From: a virus
Taxonomy: Duplodnaviria > Heunggongvirae > Uroviricota > Caudoviricetes
DNA length: 64,000 nt
IMG/VR virus record: IMGVR_UViG_3300044613_002694
Coordinates: 30,376 to 94,375 of that record
Reading direction: 5' to 3' (one strand)
The notes under the pieces are model-generated. The model was not told the origin of the DNA, did not search any database, and saw only the letters and a list, made by a program, of their open reading frames with translations. Positions 55,387 to 64,000 of the stretch are shown here, piece after piece. A program made the translations under genes and the position numbers. The stretch's first letter is position 1, and every line of letters starts with the position of its first letter.

Positions 55387-55593
55387 ATGAGAGCTGCAGA
55401 ATTTATGAGAGCGTTGGCTGATGTAATTGATACATTAGATGGCGACAAAGAAAATAAAAAAGACCCATCTGAATTAGAAGATAATCCAGTTTTTGTTCCA
55501 CCATTACAACAGAAGATCGAATTGATGAAAAAATCATCAGGTATTCAATCTGTCTTTGATCAGGCAGATGATGATGGTCCTTTTGAGGATTAA
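55387..55593 (+). CDS. small acidic protein with MRAAEF N-terminus
   Basis: N-terminus shared with 47042 and 62917; GGATAAATACAT motif before the ATG. Confidence 0.4.
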   Translation: MRAAEFMRALADVIDTLDGDKENKKDPSELEDNPVFVPPLQQKIELMKKSSGIQSVFDQADDDGPFED

Positions 55594-55595
55594 TC

Positions 55596-55946
55596 GTGGC
55601 CTTTACCCAAGATTTTTTTACTAGTTATCGCGGATATGATGACGGGGAAACTCGGATTGGTGATCGCAATCGTCTTTGGTACGATAGTAATACCAATACT
55701 ATACGAATATCGGATGGAGAAACTCCAGGTGGAATTATCATTGGTGGTTCAGGCGGCGGTACTTATATACTACCAACTGCCTCTACTACTATTAAAGGTG
55801 GTGTCAAAATTGATGGAAATACTATTACTATTAATAATGGAGTTATTAGTTCACTTGCACCAACTGATATTAGTCAATTAACAGATAACACAAATGTGTT
55901 ATTATCGCTTGGCAGCAATCAAAATTTAGATGGCGGTCATTATTAA
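55596..55946 (+). CDS. tail-fibre-like protein with LPTASTTIKGGVKIDGNTITINNGVISS motif
   Basis: Motif shared with 57298 and 61064 ORFs; N-terminal RISDGETPGG shared with the collagen-like ORF at 63364. Confidence 0.5.
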   Translation: MAFTQDFFTSYRGYDDGETRIGDRNRLWYDSNTNTIRISDGETPGGIIIGGSGGGTYILPTASTTIKGGVKIDGNTITINNGVISSLAPTDISQLTDNTNVLLSLGSNQNLDGGHY

Positions 55947-55955
55947 GGAATTTAA

Positions 55956-57227
55956 ATGAGTAACATTATTAGAATAAAACGTTCAGAAACATCAGGCAAT
56001 CCATCAACATTAGGTAATGGTGAATTAGCATATTCTGGATTAACAGATAATGGTAGTAATGGTGGTGATCGATTATACATTGGTATGGGTTCAGAAACTA
56101 GTGGAAATGCCGCAACCCATGTTGTTATCGGTGGTAAATTTTTTACCGATAGATTAGATCATACTGCTGGCACATTAACTGCATCGTCTGCTATTGTGGT
56201 AGATTCTAATAAAAAAATCGATGATTTATTAGTTGATAACATTGAATTAAATGGCAACACTATTAGCACTACTGATACTAATGGAAATTTATTATTATCA
56301 CCTAATGGTACTGGAAAAGTTTCTATTGCTGGTGCTTATACATTACCTAGAGTAGATGGTACTGCCAATTATGTTTTAACCACTAATGGAGCTGGTGTTG
56401 TATCTTGGGCCGCAATACCAGTTAGTGGCTCAATAACCATTGGCTCAACATCTATATCATTAGGCGCAACCTCCACTTCATTAGCTGGATTAACCGAACT
56501 AACAATTGATAATTTAAACTTCAATGGCAATATTATTTCATCCACAAATACAAATGGCGATATTTCATTAGACCCAAATGGGTTAGGGAATGTTGATGTC
56601 AATGGTGCGAAAATAACCAATGTTGGTACACCAGAAGTTGGTAGTGATGCTGCTAATAAAGATTATGTTGATAATGCAGTTACTGGGTTAACATGGAAAG
56701 ATGCTGCTAATTTATTAGCAGATTCTAATGTAGAATTAACTGGAACAACTGGGACTTTGGTTATTGATGGTCATGGTGCATTAACTCAAGCACACGGCGA
56801 TGGTTATAGAATTTTATTAAAAAATCAATCAACTGCATCAGAAAATGGTGTATATCTATACAGCGATGATGGTTCTAATTATACATTATCTAGATCAGCT
56901 GACGCAGATACTTATGCTGAATTAAAAGGTGCTTCAATATTCATATTAGAAGGTACCAATTATGGTAAATCTGGTTGGGTACAAGGTAATCATTATTTGA
57001 CCAATTTTTCAGGTCAGCAATGGGTACAATTCAATGGTGGTGGTGCGTATTCAGGCGGTGATGGGTTGACATTATCCGGTTCAACATTTATTGTTAATGT
57101 TGCAACTGATGGTGGTATTGAAATTGCAGCTGATAACCTACAATTAAAATCAACCATTGCTGGTAGTGGGCTATTATATTCATCAGGTGTGTTATCGGTT
57201 GGTGATATAGACGGCGGTACTTACTAA
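55956..57227 (+). CDS. tail fibre-like protein (Gly/Thr/Asn-rich, 423 aa)
   Basis: Low-complexity beta-rich composition; repeated LNGNTIS/FNGNIIS units. Confidence 0.5.
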   Translation: MSNIIRIKRSETSGNPSTLGNGELAYSGLTDNGSNGGDRLYIGMGSETSGNAATHVVIGGKFFTDRLDHTAGTLTASSAIVVDSNKKIDDLLVDNIELNGNTISTTDTNGNLLLSPNGTGKVSIAGAYTLPRVDGTANYVLTTNGAGVVSWAAIPVSGSITIGSTSISLGATSTSLAGLTELTIDNLNFNGNIISSTNTNGDISLDPNGLGNVDVNGAKITNVGTPEVGSDAANKDYVDNAVTGLTWKDAANLLADSNVELTGTTGTLVIDGHGALTQAHGDGYRILLKNQSTASENGVYLYSDDGSNYTLSRSADADTYAELKGASIFILEGTNYGKSGWVQGNHYLTNFSGQQWVQFNGGGAYSGGDGLTLSGSTFIVNVATDGGIEIAADNLQLKSTIAGSGLLYSSGVLSVGDIDGGTY

Positions 57228-57297
57228 ATAAAATATTGGGAAGAATTTCTATTCTACCCTTGCAATTATTGCAGAACTTTCCTCTATAGGATTTAAA

Positions 57298-57906
57298 ATG
57301 GCAAACAAAGTATTACTGAAAAAATCATCAGTAATCGGCAAAATCCCACTCGCTACTGATTTAGATTATGGCGAGATCGCGTTGAATTATGCCGATGAAA
57401 AATTGTATTTTAAAAACACATCTGATCAAGTAACCTTCATTTCGAATTATACATTACCAACTGCTAGTACAACAGTATTAGGTGGTGTAAAAGTTGATGG
57501 AACATCAATTACTATTGATAATGGTGTCATTAGTTCAGCAGGTGGAGGAGGTTCATCTGCGTATAATAGAACTTCATATACAGCACTTCCTGGACAAACA
57601 GTATTTAATGTAATATATACAGTTAATTTTATAAACGTATATATCAACGGAACATTATTAGATCCCGCATCCTATACCGCAACTAATGGGGCTTCAATAA
57701 CACTAAATACTGGTTGTAATGAAGAAGATTTAGTAGATATTTTTGCTTTTTCAAATGTTTCATTACAGTCTATGCCAACCGCTACTACATCAACCTTGGG
57801 CGGGGTTAAAGTAGATGGCACAACTGTTACAATTGATAACGGTGTGATAAGTAGTAATTCTCATATAGGAAAGAGTCTTATTATGACAATTATATTTGGT
57901 GGATGA
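57298..57906 (+). CDS. tail-fibre-like protein with two copies of the LPTASTTVLGGVKVDGTSITIDNGVISS motif
   Basis: Motif read directly (two copies). Confidence 0.5.
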   Translation: MANKVLLKKSSVIGKIPLATDLDYGEIALNYADEKLYFKNTSDQVTFISNYTLPTASTTVLGGVKVDGTSITIDNGVISSAGGGGSSAYNRTSYTALPGQTVFNVIYTVNFINVYINGTLLDPASYTATNGASITLNTGCNEEDLVDIFAFSNVSLQSMPTATTSTLGGVKVDGTTVTIDNGVISSNSHIGKSLIMTIIFGG

Positions 57907-57907
57907 T

Positions 57908-58324
57908 ATGGCTGTTCAAAATTTACTTAAAATGACCGCAATGAGATTAAAAACATCATATCTAACTCCTTCTACCACTGGTAACATTGTATTACTTTCA
58001 AATGGTTCGGATTGTGCAATTAAAATTGAATCAATACTTGCATCTAATATAAGTGAAGGCACCGCAATCTGTAGTGTCTATTTGGGTATTGGAGTTGGAA
58101 TTATAAAAAACCCATTCCCAGGAACTATGGTTGAAATGATGAAAGATATACCAATATATAGCTCATCATCGATGGTCTTTAGCGATAGAGCTACTAGCTT
58201 TTACCTACCAGAAAATAATTGTATAGTGGTATCATCATCAATTGCAAATTCAATAAAGTATACCATAACGTATGAAATAGCCGCTACGAGTATTAAATAT
58301 ATTAATATGGCAGAAAGCATCTGA
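57908..58324 (+). CDS. hypothetical structural protein (paralog of 58352-58747)
   Basis: C-terminal SSSIANSIKYTITYE vs SSIASTLVYVVSYE. Confidence 0.45.
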   Translation: MAVQNLLKMTAMRLKTSYLTPSTTGNIVLLSNGSDCAIKIESILASNISEGTAICSVYLGIGVGIIKNPFPGTMVEMMKDIPIYSSSSMVFSDRATSFYLPENNCIVVSSSIANSIKYTITYEIAATSIKYINMAESI

Positions 58325-58351
58325 GTATTAAAAATAAATTATGGAATAATA

Positions 58352-58747
58352 ATGGCAAATCCAAATATAGCAAATTTATCAACAATTAATGGGGTAACAA
58401 CATATTATAACCCATCAGTAACATCAGCGGTTGTATTAGTTGCAAATCCTGCAAATTCAGGACATGTTTATAAAATCAATGTTATAAACATATCTAATAT
58501 AAATACATCATCAAATATACCAACTTCAATAGCACTTTATACAAATGGTGATGTGTCACAAGGTTCTTCACCATCAGGTGGTGTTGCATATTCATTACTT
58601 TCTACAGTAGTGGTGCCATATAATGCTTCATTGGTTGCAATAGATAAGGCATCTTCATTCTACTTACAAGAAGGCATGTCCATCATTGTTACATCATCAA
58701 TTGCGAGTACATTGGTATATGTTGTTAGTTACGAGGATATGTTTTAA
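58352..58747 (+). CDS. hypothetical structural protein (paralog of 57908-58324)
   Basis: As above. Confidence 0.45.
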   Translation: MANPNIANLSTINGVTTYYNPSVTSAVVLVANPANSGHVYKINVINISNINTSSNIPTSIALYTNGDVSQGSSPSGGVAYSLLSTVVVPYNASLVAIDKASSFYLQEGMSIIVTSSIASTLVYVVSYEDMF

Positions 58748-59655
58748 TGGCTAGATTTGGTGGTAGTTTAATAGGGAAAACTATCACTGTAACTACTGAT
58801 GTAGCAAACGGAATTTGGTCGGTAAAAAATGCATATCAAAACACAAGCTGGCCGTGGTTTGAATTATATAAATTAGTTTTTCCTGTTACATTCGGTACAT
58901 CAAAAAATACTCAATTTGGATATATTCAAACTTCTAATTCATCCTATATACCACCAAATTCGGTCCCGCCAACAAAAGCCGAATTACAAACATATTATGA
59001 TAGTATTGGAACTGGGACAGGTACACTCTCATCAATACTAGCAGATAGTACGAATACATATTTTGAAGTACCATATAATGGGGTTCAAGTATGGACTGTA
59101 CCAAAATCAGGGTTATACACATTTGAAGTAGCCGGTGCCCCCAGCGGTAATGCTTCTGGGGGTAGCACCTTATATGGATATCCAGCAAAAATAACAGCAA
59201 CTTTTAGTTTATTAAAAAATGAGATAATATGGATGTTAATAGGCCATCGTGGAACACAGTCTGGTTATGGGACATCTAACAACGGGGGGTGTGGTGGATT
59301 TACATTAGTCGCCAAAGGTTCTGATATAACTAATATAGCAAATTTAACCGCATGTTTAGTGTGTGCAGGTGCAGGATTATCGTATAGTGATGGCACTGTT
59401 GTAAATGCTAGTTATACTGGACAATCATTGACTGCATATAATGCCGTTAAATCTTCATCCGGCTCATTAAATGGCTCTAGACATTCATATTATTATTCAT
59501 TTTTTTATTATATCAGTGCTGGTGGATTTCCTCTCGGGGGTACCATTAATGGCCCGAAGTATTCTGATTGTTATGTAGATACTACTGCAACAAATGTAAC
59601 CAGAGAATTGATGTCAACCTTGCAGGCTGGATACGTTAAAGTAAGTTATAGTTAA
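58747..59655 (+). CDS. hypothetical structural protein (paralog of 61696-62571)
   Basis: FEVPYNGVQVWTVPKSGLYTFEVAGAPSGNASGG vs FKVPVQGVQAFCIPETGNYKIVARGAPGGDSSYAGG. Confidence 0.45.
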   Translation: MARFGGSLIGKTITVTTDVANGIWSVKNAYQNTSWPWFELYKLVFPVTFGTSKNTQFGYIQTSNSSYIPPNSVPPTKAELQTYYDSIGTGTGTLSSILADSTNTYFEVPYNGVQVWTVPKSGLYTFEVAGAPSGNASGGSTLYGYPAKITATFSLLKNEIIWMLIGHRGTQSGYGTSNNGGCGGFTLVAKGSDITNIANLTACLVCAGAGLSYSDGTVVNASYTGQSLTAYNAVKSSSGSLNGSRHSYYYSFFYYISAGGFPLGGTINGPKYSDCYVDTTATNVTRELMSTLQAGYVKVSYS

Positions 59656-59666
59656 AGGGAAATATC

Positions 59667-61043
59667 ATGGCATCTGTCAATAAGTATTTTGGTAATATTA
59701 TTCGTTCATCTAAAATATCAATAAGTAAATTCAAAACATCAGGGATATTTAATATCAAAGATAACTATATCCAACGATTATCAGATCTATGGCCTAATGA
59801 AGGTGTATGGTGTGCATTTAAATCATCAATAACCACTAGCAGTAATACCTACATGTCAGGTGCAAATACATTGCACGTTTGTTCTGATGGTAGTATTTAT
59901 GCTACCTATACAACTGTTGTAACTGAAAGGGAATCATATATGGTTAAACACTCACCAAGTGGGACCGTATTATGGCAGAAAAAATTCCCTAGCCTTGAAA
60001 AAACAATTGATTCATGCATTGACTCATCCGATAATTGCTATGTTATGTCTGATTTTATTCAATCAGGGTATTATAACTATGTATTTATTTCTAAATATTC
60101 ATCAAATGGTACAATGCTATGGCGGAGATATATTTCTAGTTCATCATCAGCTGTTAATTCTGTTAATTGTTTTATTGGAACTGATGGTTACCTATATGCA
60201 TCTGTTAAAAAATATAGTAATACTACCGGGGTGTGTTACATTATCAATACTGATGGTGGTTTGATTTCTAAAAATAATATACCGTATGGCGGGGTAGTAT
60301 TTCAAAACAACTCTGGGACTTTTTATGTTTCATCATATTGGAACTCAACGCAATCTGTTTATAAATTTGGAAATTCATTATCCGGTCAATACACTTCAGC
60401 AATAGCTATATCAGGCCCATCTGGTGGTTATATTGGGTTGAATAATAAACCAACAGTTGATTCATCTGGGATAATATATCTACATGGTTCATATTGTACA
60501 ACTACCAGTACTACGAAACCATTAGGGGTTACTGTTAGACTCAATTCATCAGTTTCTTGGCTTTCTACAACAACATTTTCTGATCCAGGATCTACTTACA
60601 TTGGAAACGGATGTAGTACAAATAATTCTGTTATTTCTGGAAATTACATTTATACAATCAGCAGTGAATATACTCCATATAGTTATGTGCATTGCTATAA
60701 TATTTCTAATTTTTCAGTGGTATGGGTTATGCGCTTGAGTGGTAATAGTACAAATTTTCCACCGGATCTGTTGGAAAAAGACAATAAAGGCAACATATAT
60801 CTGTATCATGGATATTATGCAATGAAACTTCTTCCTGATCTCTATTTCGTTGGTTCTTATACACTTTACGATAAAACTATATCAATTATTAAAAAAACCG
60901 ATCTATCATATGCAGGACCAAGTATTACTCTGGCGGCTGCTTCATACACAATAACTACCAATACTGATGCGGATCTTTATTTTTATAACGCATCTGCATC
61001 TAGCACTAATAGTAATTTAACATTTTATAATATAATTATATAA
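59667..61043 (+). CDS. Ser/Thr/Tyr/Asn-rich putative receptor-binding/fibre protein (458 aa)
   Basis: Composition; position in the structural block. Confidence 0.4.
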   Translation: MASVNKYFGNIIRSSKISISKFKTSGIFNIKDNYIQRLSDLWPNEGVWCAFKSSITTSSNTYMSGANTLHVCSDGSIYATYTTVVTERESYMVKHSPSGTVLWQKKFPSLEKTIDSCIDSSDNCYVMSDFIQSGYYNYVFISKYSSNGTMLWRRYISSSSSAVNSVNCFIGTDGYLYASVKKYSNTTGVCYIINTDGGLISKNNIPYGGVVFQNNSGTFYVSSYWNSTQSVYKFGNSLSGQYTSAIAISGPSGGYIGLNNKPTVDSSGIIYLHGSYCTTTSTTKPLGVTVRLNSSVSWLSTTTFSDPGSTYIGNGCSTNNSVISGNYIYTISSEYTPYSYVHCYNISNFSVVWVMRLSGNSTNFPPDLLEKDNKGNIYLYHGYYAMKLLPDLYFVGSYTLYDKTISIIKKTDLSYAGPSITLAAASYTITTNTDADLYFYNASASSTNSNLTFYNIII

Positions 61044-61063
61044 AATATTAGGATAAATACATT

Positions 61064-61687
61064 ATGTCAAATAATAGAAATCTTGCTTTTTTTTCATCAT
61101 ATCTAACAAATTCAGGATATATTAATCCTTCTAGTGAGGTGATTCCAGCAGCCACTGCATCAACAATCGGCGGAGTAAAAATAGATGAAACTACTATTTC
61201 TATTAATGCTGGGGTTATTAGTTTAAATACTGCAAATTCTAATACATTCACTAATACACAAATATTTGCTGGTTCTGCAACTGCACTTGCTACAAAATTA
61301 GTTAACGCTAAAGAACGTGTTACTATATCAGCTACAGCAGCAACAGGAACTATAAATTTTGATGTCTCAACGCAATCTATTTTATATTATACATCGAATG
61401 CATCGGCAAACTTTACAATTAATATTAGATCAAATGCAAGTAATACACTTGATTCTGTCATGAATGTTGGTGAATCTGTAACAGTTGTGTTTATGAATAC
61501 AAATGGCGGTACAGCATATTATCCATCGGGAGTTAAAATAGATGCCGCTGCAGTAACTCCTAAATGGCAGGGTGGTTCAGCACCAACATCAGGTAATGCT
61601 AGCGCAATTGATGCTTACACTTATACTATTATTAAAACTGCTTCATTAACATATACCGTTCTTGCATCACAGTCTAAATTTGCATAG
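61064..61687 (+). CDS. tail-fibre-like protein with AATASTIGGVKIDETTISINAGVISL motif
   Basis: Shared motif. Confidence 0.45.
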   Translation: MSNNRNLAFFSSYLTNSGYINPSSEVIPAATASTIGGVKIDETTISINAGVISLNTANSNTFTNTQIFAGSATALATKLVNAKERVTISATAATGTINFDVSTQSILYYTSNASANFTINIRSNASNTLDSVMNVGESVTVVFMNTNGGTAYYPSGVKIDAAAVTPKWQGGSAPTSGNASAIDAYTYTIIKTASLTYTVLASQSKFA

Positions 61688-61695
61688 GAAATATA

Positions 61696-62571
61696 ATGCC
61701 ATTATTATCAACATTTTCAAGTGCAAGTGTGCGGGATTTCGGCAGAGGAAGAGGCGGCGGTGCTGGTCTATTTGATTTTACATCGGGAACTTTTACCAGT
61801 CCTTTATTAGCTGGCACATATGGATCTAATACCGTTAAAACATGGATGTATGGTCCAACAAATGCTCAATTACTGAGTATGTATACTGGAAATTTGTATA
61901 CTCTTTTAAATAACAACGTTTATTTTAAAGTTCCAGTTCAAGGTGTTCAAGCATTTTGTATACCAGAAACCGGAAATTATAAGATCGTTGCAAGAGGAGC
62001 ACCAGGTGGGGATAGTTCATATGCTGGTGGTCTTGGTGCATACATAGAGGCAACATTTGCATTTGAACAATCAGATATTTTATGGATGTCAATTGGCCAA
62101 GCAGGTGCAGCTGGACATACAACCTACAGTGATTATTGTAGTGCAGGAGGTGGTGGTGCAACGTTTGTAGCAAAGGGTACAAAAAATCAATGGCTATTTA
62201 ATCCTACCAATGTTGGAACAAATTTAATATGTGCAGCAGGAGGGCTTGGTGCTAAAGAAAATAGATTTGCAACTACAACCCCATCTAATAGTAGTACCTA
62301 TACAACGACAGCTGGGTCAGGTTGGACATCTTGGATAACACAAAGTATAAATGGTGCTCTTGGAGGGTTTAATGGGCTGTATTCAGCAGGTGGATATGGA
62401 TTAGGTAAGGGAACTGATGATCAATTTGGTGGTGCAGGTGGCAATGGTGGCACATATCAGACAACGCCGGAAAATTATATACATTCTAGTGCAACTAATA
62501 TAACTGTATCTGGGACTACTAGCATTAGTTCTAGAAGTAATCCTGGATATGTTACCTTGATTAAACTGTAA
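61696..62571 (+). CDS. hypothetical structural protein (paralog of 58747-59655)
   Basis: See 58747. Confidence 0.45.
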   Translation: MPLLSTFSSASVRDFGRGRGGGAGLFDFTSGTFTSPLLAGTYGSNTVKTWMYGPTNAQLLSMYTGNLYTLLNNNVYFKVPVQGVQAFCIPETGNYKIVARGAPGGDSSYAGGLGAYIEATFAFEQSDILWMSIGQAGAAGHTTYSDYCSAGGGGATFVAKGTKNQWLFNPTNVGTNLICAAGGLGAKENRFATTTPSNSSTYTTTAGSGWTSWITQSINGALGGFNGLYSAGGYGLGKGTDDQFGGAGGNGGTYQTTPENYIHSSATNITVSGTTSISSRSNPGYVTLIKL

Positions 62572-62580
62572 GGTAAAAAT

Positions 62581-62898
62581 ATGAATTATATCAAAGTATC
62601 AAAATCAAATGAAATAATAAAATATCCATATACATGGAATGATTTGTATAATGAAAATCCATTTTCTTTATATGATGATAGATATACATTATCAAAATGG
62701 TATGAAAAAACTGAAGAAGGAATATCGTCTGAAAACAAAATACTAGAAGTAACTATACAGGATTGTTCATCAATCGATCAAAGTAAATTCATAGTAGCAT
62801 ATGATAATATACCAATTTTTGAAAATGACCATTGGATTTTGAAATTTACAATAGAAGAAATGGATGCAGTTGTTTCAGTTAAACCGGCTGCAATTTAG
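62581..62898 (+). CDS. hypothetical protein
   Basis: Track ORF. Confidence 0.4.
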   Translation: MNYIKVSKSNEIIKYPYTWNDLYNENPFSLYDDRYTLSKWYEKTEEGISSENKILEVTIQDCSSIDQSKFIVAYDNIPIFENDHWILKFTIEEMDAVVSVKPAAI

Positions 62899-62916
62899 AA
62901 AAATAATAAATACATC

Positions 62917-63343
62917 CATGAGAGCTAAAGAATTTTTAATAGAGAACGCCAGCGGCAGCCCGGTGACCATAAACATACCAATTTCTATAACAATCCCATC
63001 GGATGGAGGTGGAATTGTTACGTCAACTAATGATCCTGTTGAAAAAGGTGAATTACCAGAAGTTCCAATTCATGTATTTCCACTACAACAAGAATTTGAA
63101 TTGAAGAAACATCAGGCCGGTGCTTCCAACCCTGTTATCAATCAAATATTGCATGACAAAGGTGCGTTATCTGACAAAACACAGTCAGAAACCGTGCAAC
63201 TTCCACCTACCAGAGATACATTATCTGAAAAAGATGTTTTTACTGATAAAAAAGTAATGGTTGAAAAAGAAAATCAATCATACGATTTTCTCGAAAATTT
63301 TGACTGGCTAGAACAAGAATTCAGAAATTCTAAAAAGCATTAA
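62917..63343 (+). CDS. small protein with MRAKEF N-terminus
   Basis: Internal start of track ORF 62864; N-terminus shared with 47042 and 55387. Confidence 0.4.
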
Positions 63344-63363
63344 TTTACATTTTTGGAAGTTAA

Positions 63364-64000
63364 ATGACAATTCATAAAATCAAATCGGGTCGTGTGACTT
63401 CGCTATCAGCCGACCAATATGTAGGCGAAAAAGGTACAATATTTTATAATGAATCAGTTGGTGATTTACGTATAAGTGATGGAAGAACCCCAGGCGGTAT
63501 CCCATTGAATACTGGTGCTGGTGGCAATGTTGGAGCAACTGGACCTGCTGGTATTGATGGTGCTACTGGACCTGCTGGTGTTGACGGAATTATTGGTGTT
63601 GATGGTGCTACTGGTCCTGCTGGTATTGACGGAATTATTGGTGTTGATGGTGCTACTGGACCTGCTGGTGTTGACGGAATTATTGGTGTAGATGGTGCTA
63701 CTGGACCTGCTGGTATTGATGGTGCTACTGGACCTGCTGGCGTTGACGGAATTATTGGTGTTGATGGTGCTACTGGACCTGCTGGTGTTGATGGTGCTAC
63801 TGGACCTGCTGGTATTGATGGTGCTACTGGTCCTGCTGGTATTGATGGAATTATTGGCGTAGATGGTGCTACTGGTCCTGCTGGCGTTGACGGAATTATT
63901 GGTGTTGATGGTGCTACTGGACCTGCTGGTGTTGATGGTGCTACTGGTCCTGCTGGTATTGACGGAATTATTGGTGTAGATGGTGCTACTGGACCTGCTG
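63364..64000 (+). CDS. collagen-like triple-helix repeat fibre protein (partial, runs off window)
   Basis: N-terminus ...GDLRISDGRTPGG then >40 Gly-X-Y triplets (GATGPAGIDGATGPAGVDGIIGVDG...) with no stop before the window end. Confidence 0.6.
   Translation, partial: MTIHKIKSGRVTSLSADQYVGEKGTIFYNESVGDLRISDGRTPGGIPLNTGAGGNVGATGPAGIDGATGPAGVDGIIGVDGATGPAGIDGIIGVDGATGPAGVDGIIGVDGATGPAGIDGATGPAGVDGIIGVDGATGPAGVDGATGPAGIDGATGPAGIDGIIGVDGATGPAGVDGIIGVDGATGPAGVDGATGPAGIDGIIGVDGATGPA

Noticed and set aside
1-64000. Giant eukaryotic virus (mimivirus-like) origin, suggested by AT-richness, collagen-like repeats, MORN-like repeats and huge paralog families
   Set aside because: Bacterial signals are pervasive: consensus sigma70 -35/-10 promoters, Shine-Dalgarno sites, intrinsic terminators, lipoboxes, Gram-negative signal peptides, GIY-YIG seg-like HEGs and T4-IP-like N-terminal tags. 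This fits a large bacteriophage far better.

Overview
The window is an AT-rich (~33-35% GC), very gene-dense stretch of what looks like a large lytic tailed phage (jumbo or T4-like style) infecting a Gram-negative host. Evidence for a bacterial phage: near-consensus sigma70 promoters (TTGACA-N16/17-TATAAT, often extended TATAATACAC), Shine-Dalgarno sites, rho-independent terminators, lipoboxes, GIY-YIG homing endonucleases, and a 3' structural module with tail-fibre-like and collagen-like repeat proteins. The most striking feature is an extreme expansion of one small-protein family (family A, ~65-100 aa, conserved C-terminal [FY]xxExxxxxWF[LI]L[RK]W[SG] motif). About 45-50 translationally coupled copies lie in several arrays on both strands (1621-3818, 6740-8078, 9261-9667, 20910, 24847-28344, 36277-37765, 39951-46146). 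A second tandem family (family B, MNEKIKEL...HFGIE, 7 copies) lies at 10645-13779. The window also carries many auxiliary and anti-defence-like genes. NAD+ salvage genes include NadV/NAMPT (30641-32104) and a bifunctional NMNAT-Nudix NatV (22753-23775), a NARP2-like pair, plus a NADAR/YbiA protein (3864-4385). Two (p)ppGpp-type hydrolases are present, one HD-domain and one MazG. There is a 5-aminolevulinate synthase on the minus strand (52332-53519). A tandem pair of AAA+ ATPases, one BCS1-like with an N-terminal TM, is followed by secreted and lipoprotein genes (15618-19251). Other calls include a Bax-inhibitor/YccA membrane protein, YqgE/AlgH, YbaN, an SPFH lipoprotein, a secreted non-specific endonuclease, a lytic transglycosylase, an NAD-dependent epimerase, a hotdog thioesterase, MORN-variant repeat proteins, a type-IV-pilin-like small protein, and a TnpB (IS605 OrfB-like) nuclease with a probable degraded tnpA remnant. 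Three small proteins begin with MRAxEF, reminiscent of T4 internal-protein capsid-targeting sequences. No tRNA, rRNA or CRISPR array was recognised by eye. I could not run homology searches, so all functional calls rest on motif-level recognition.
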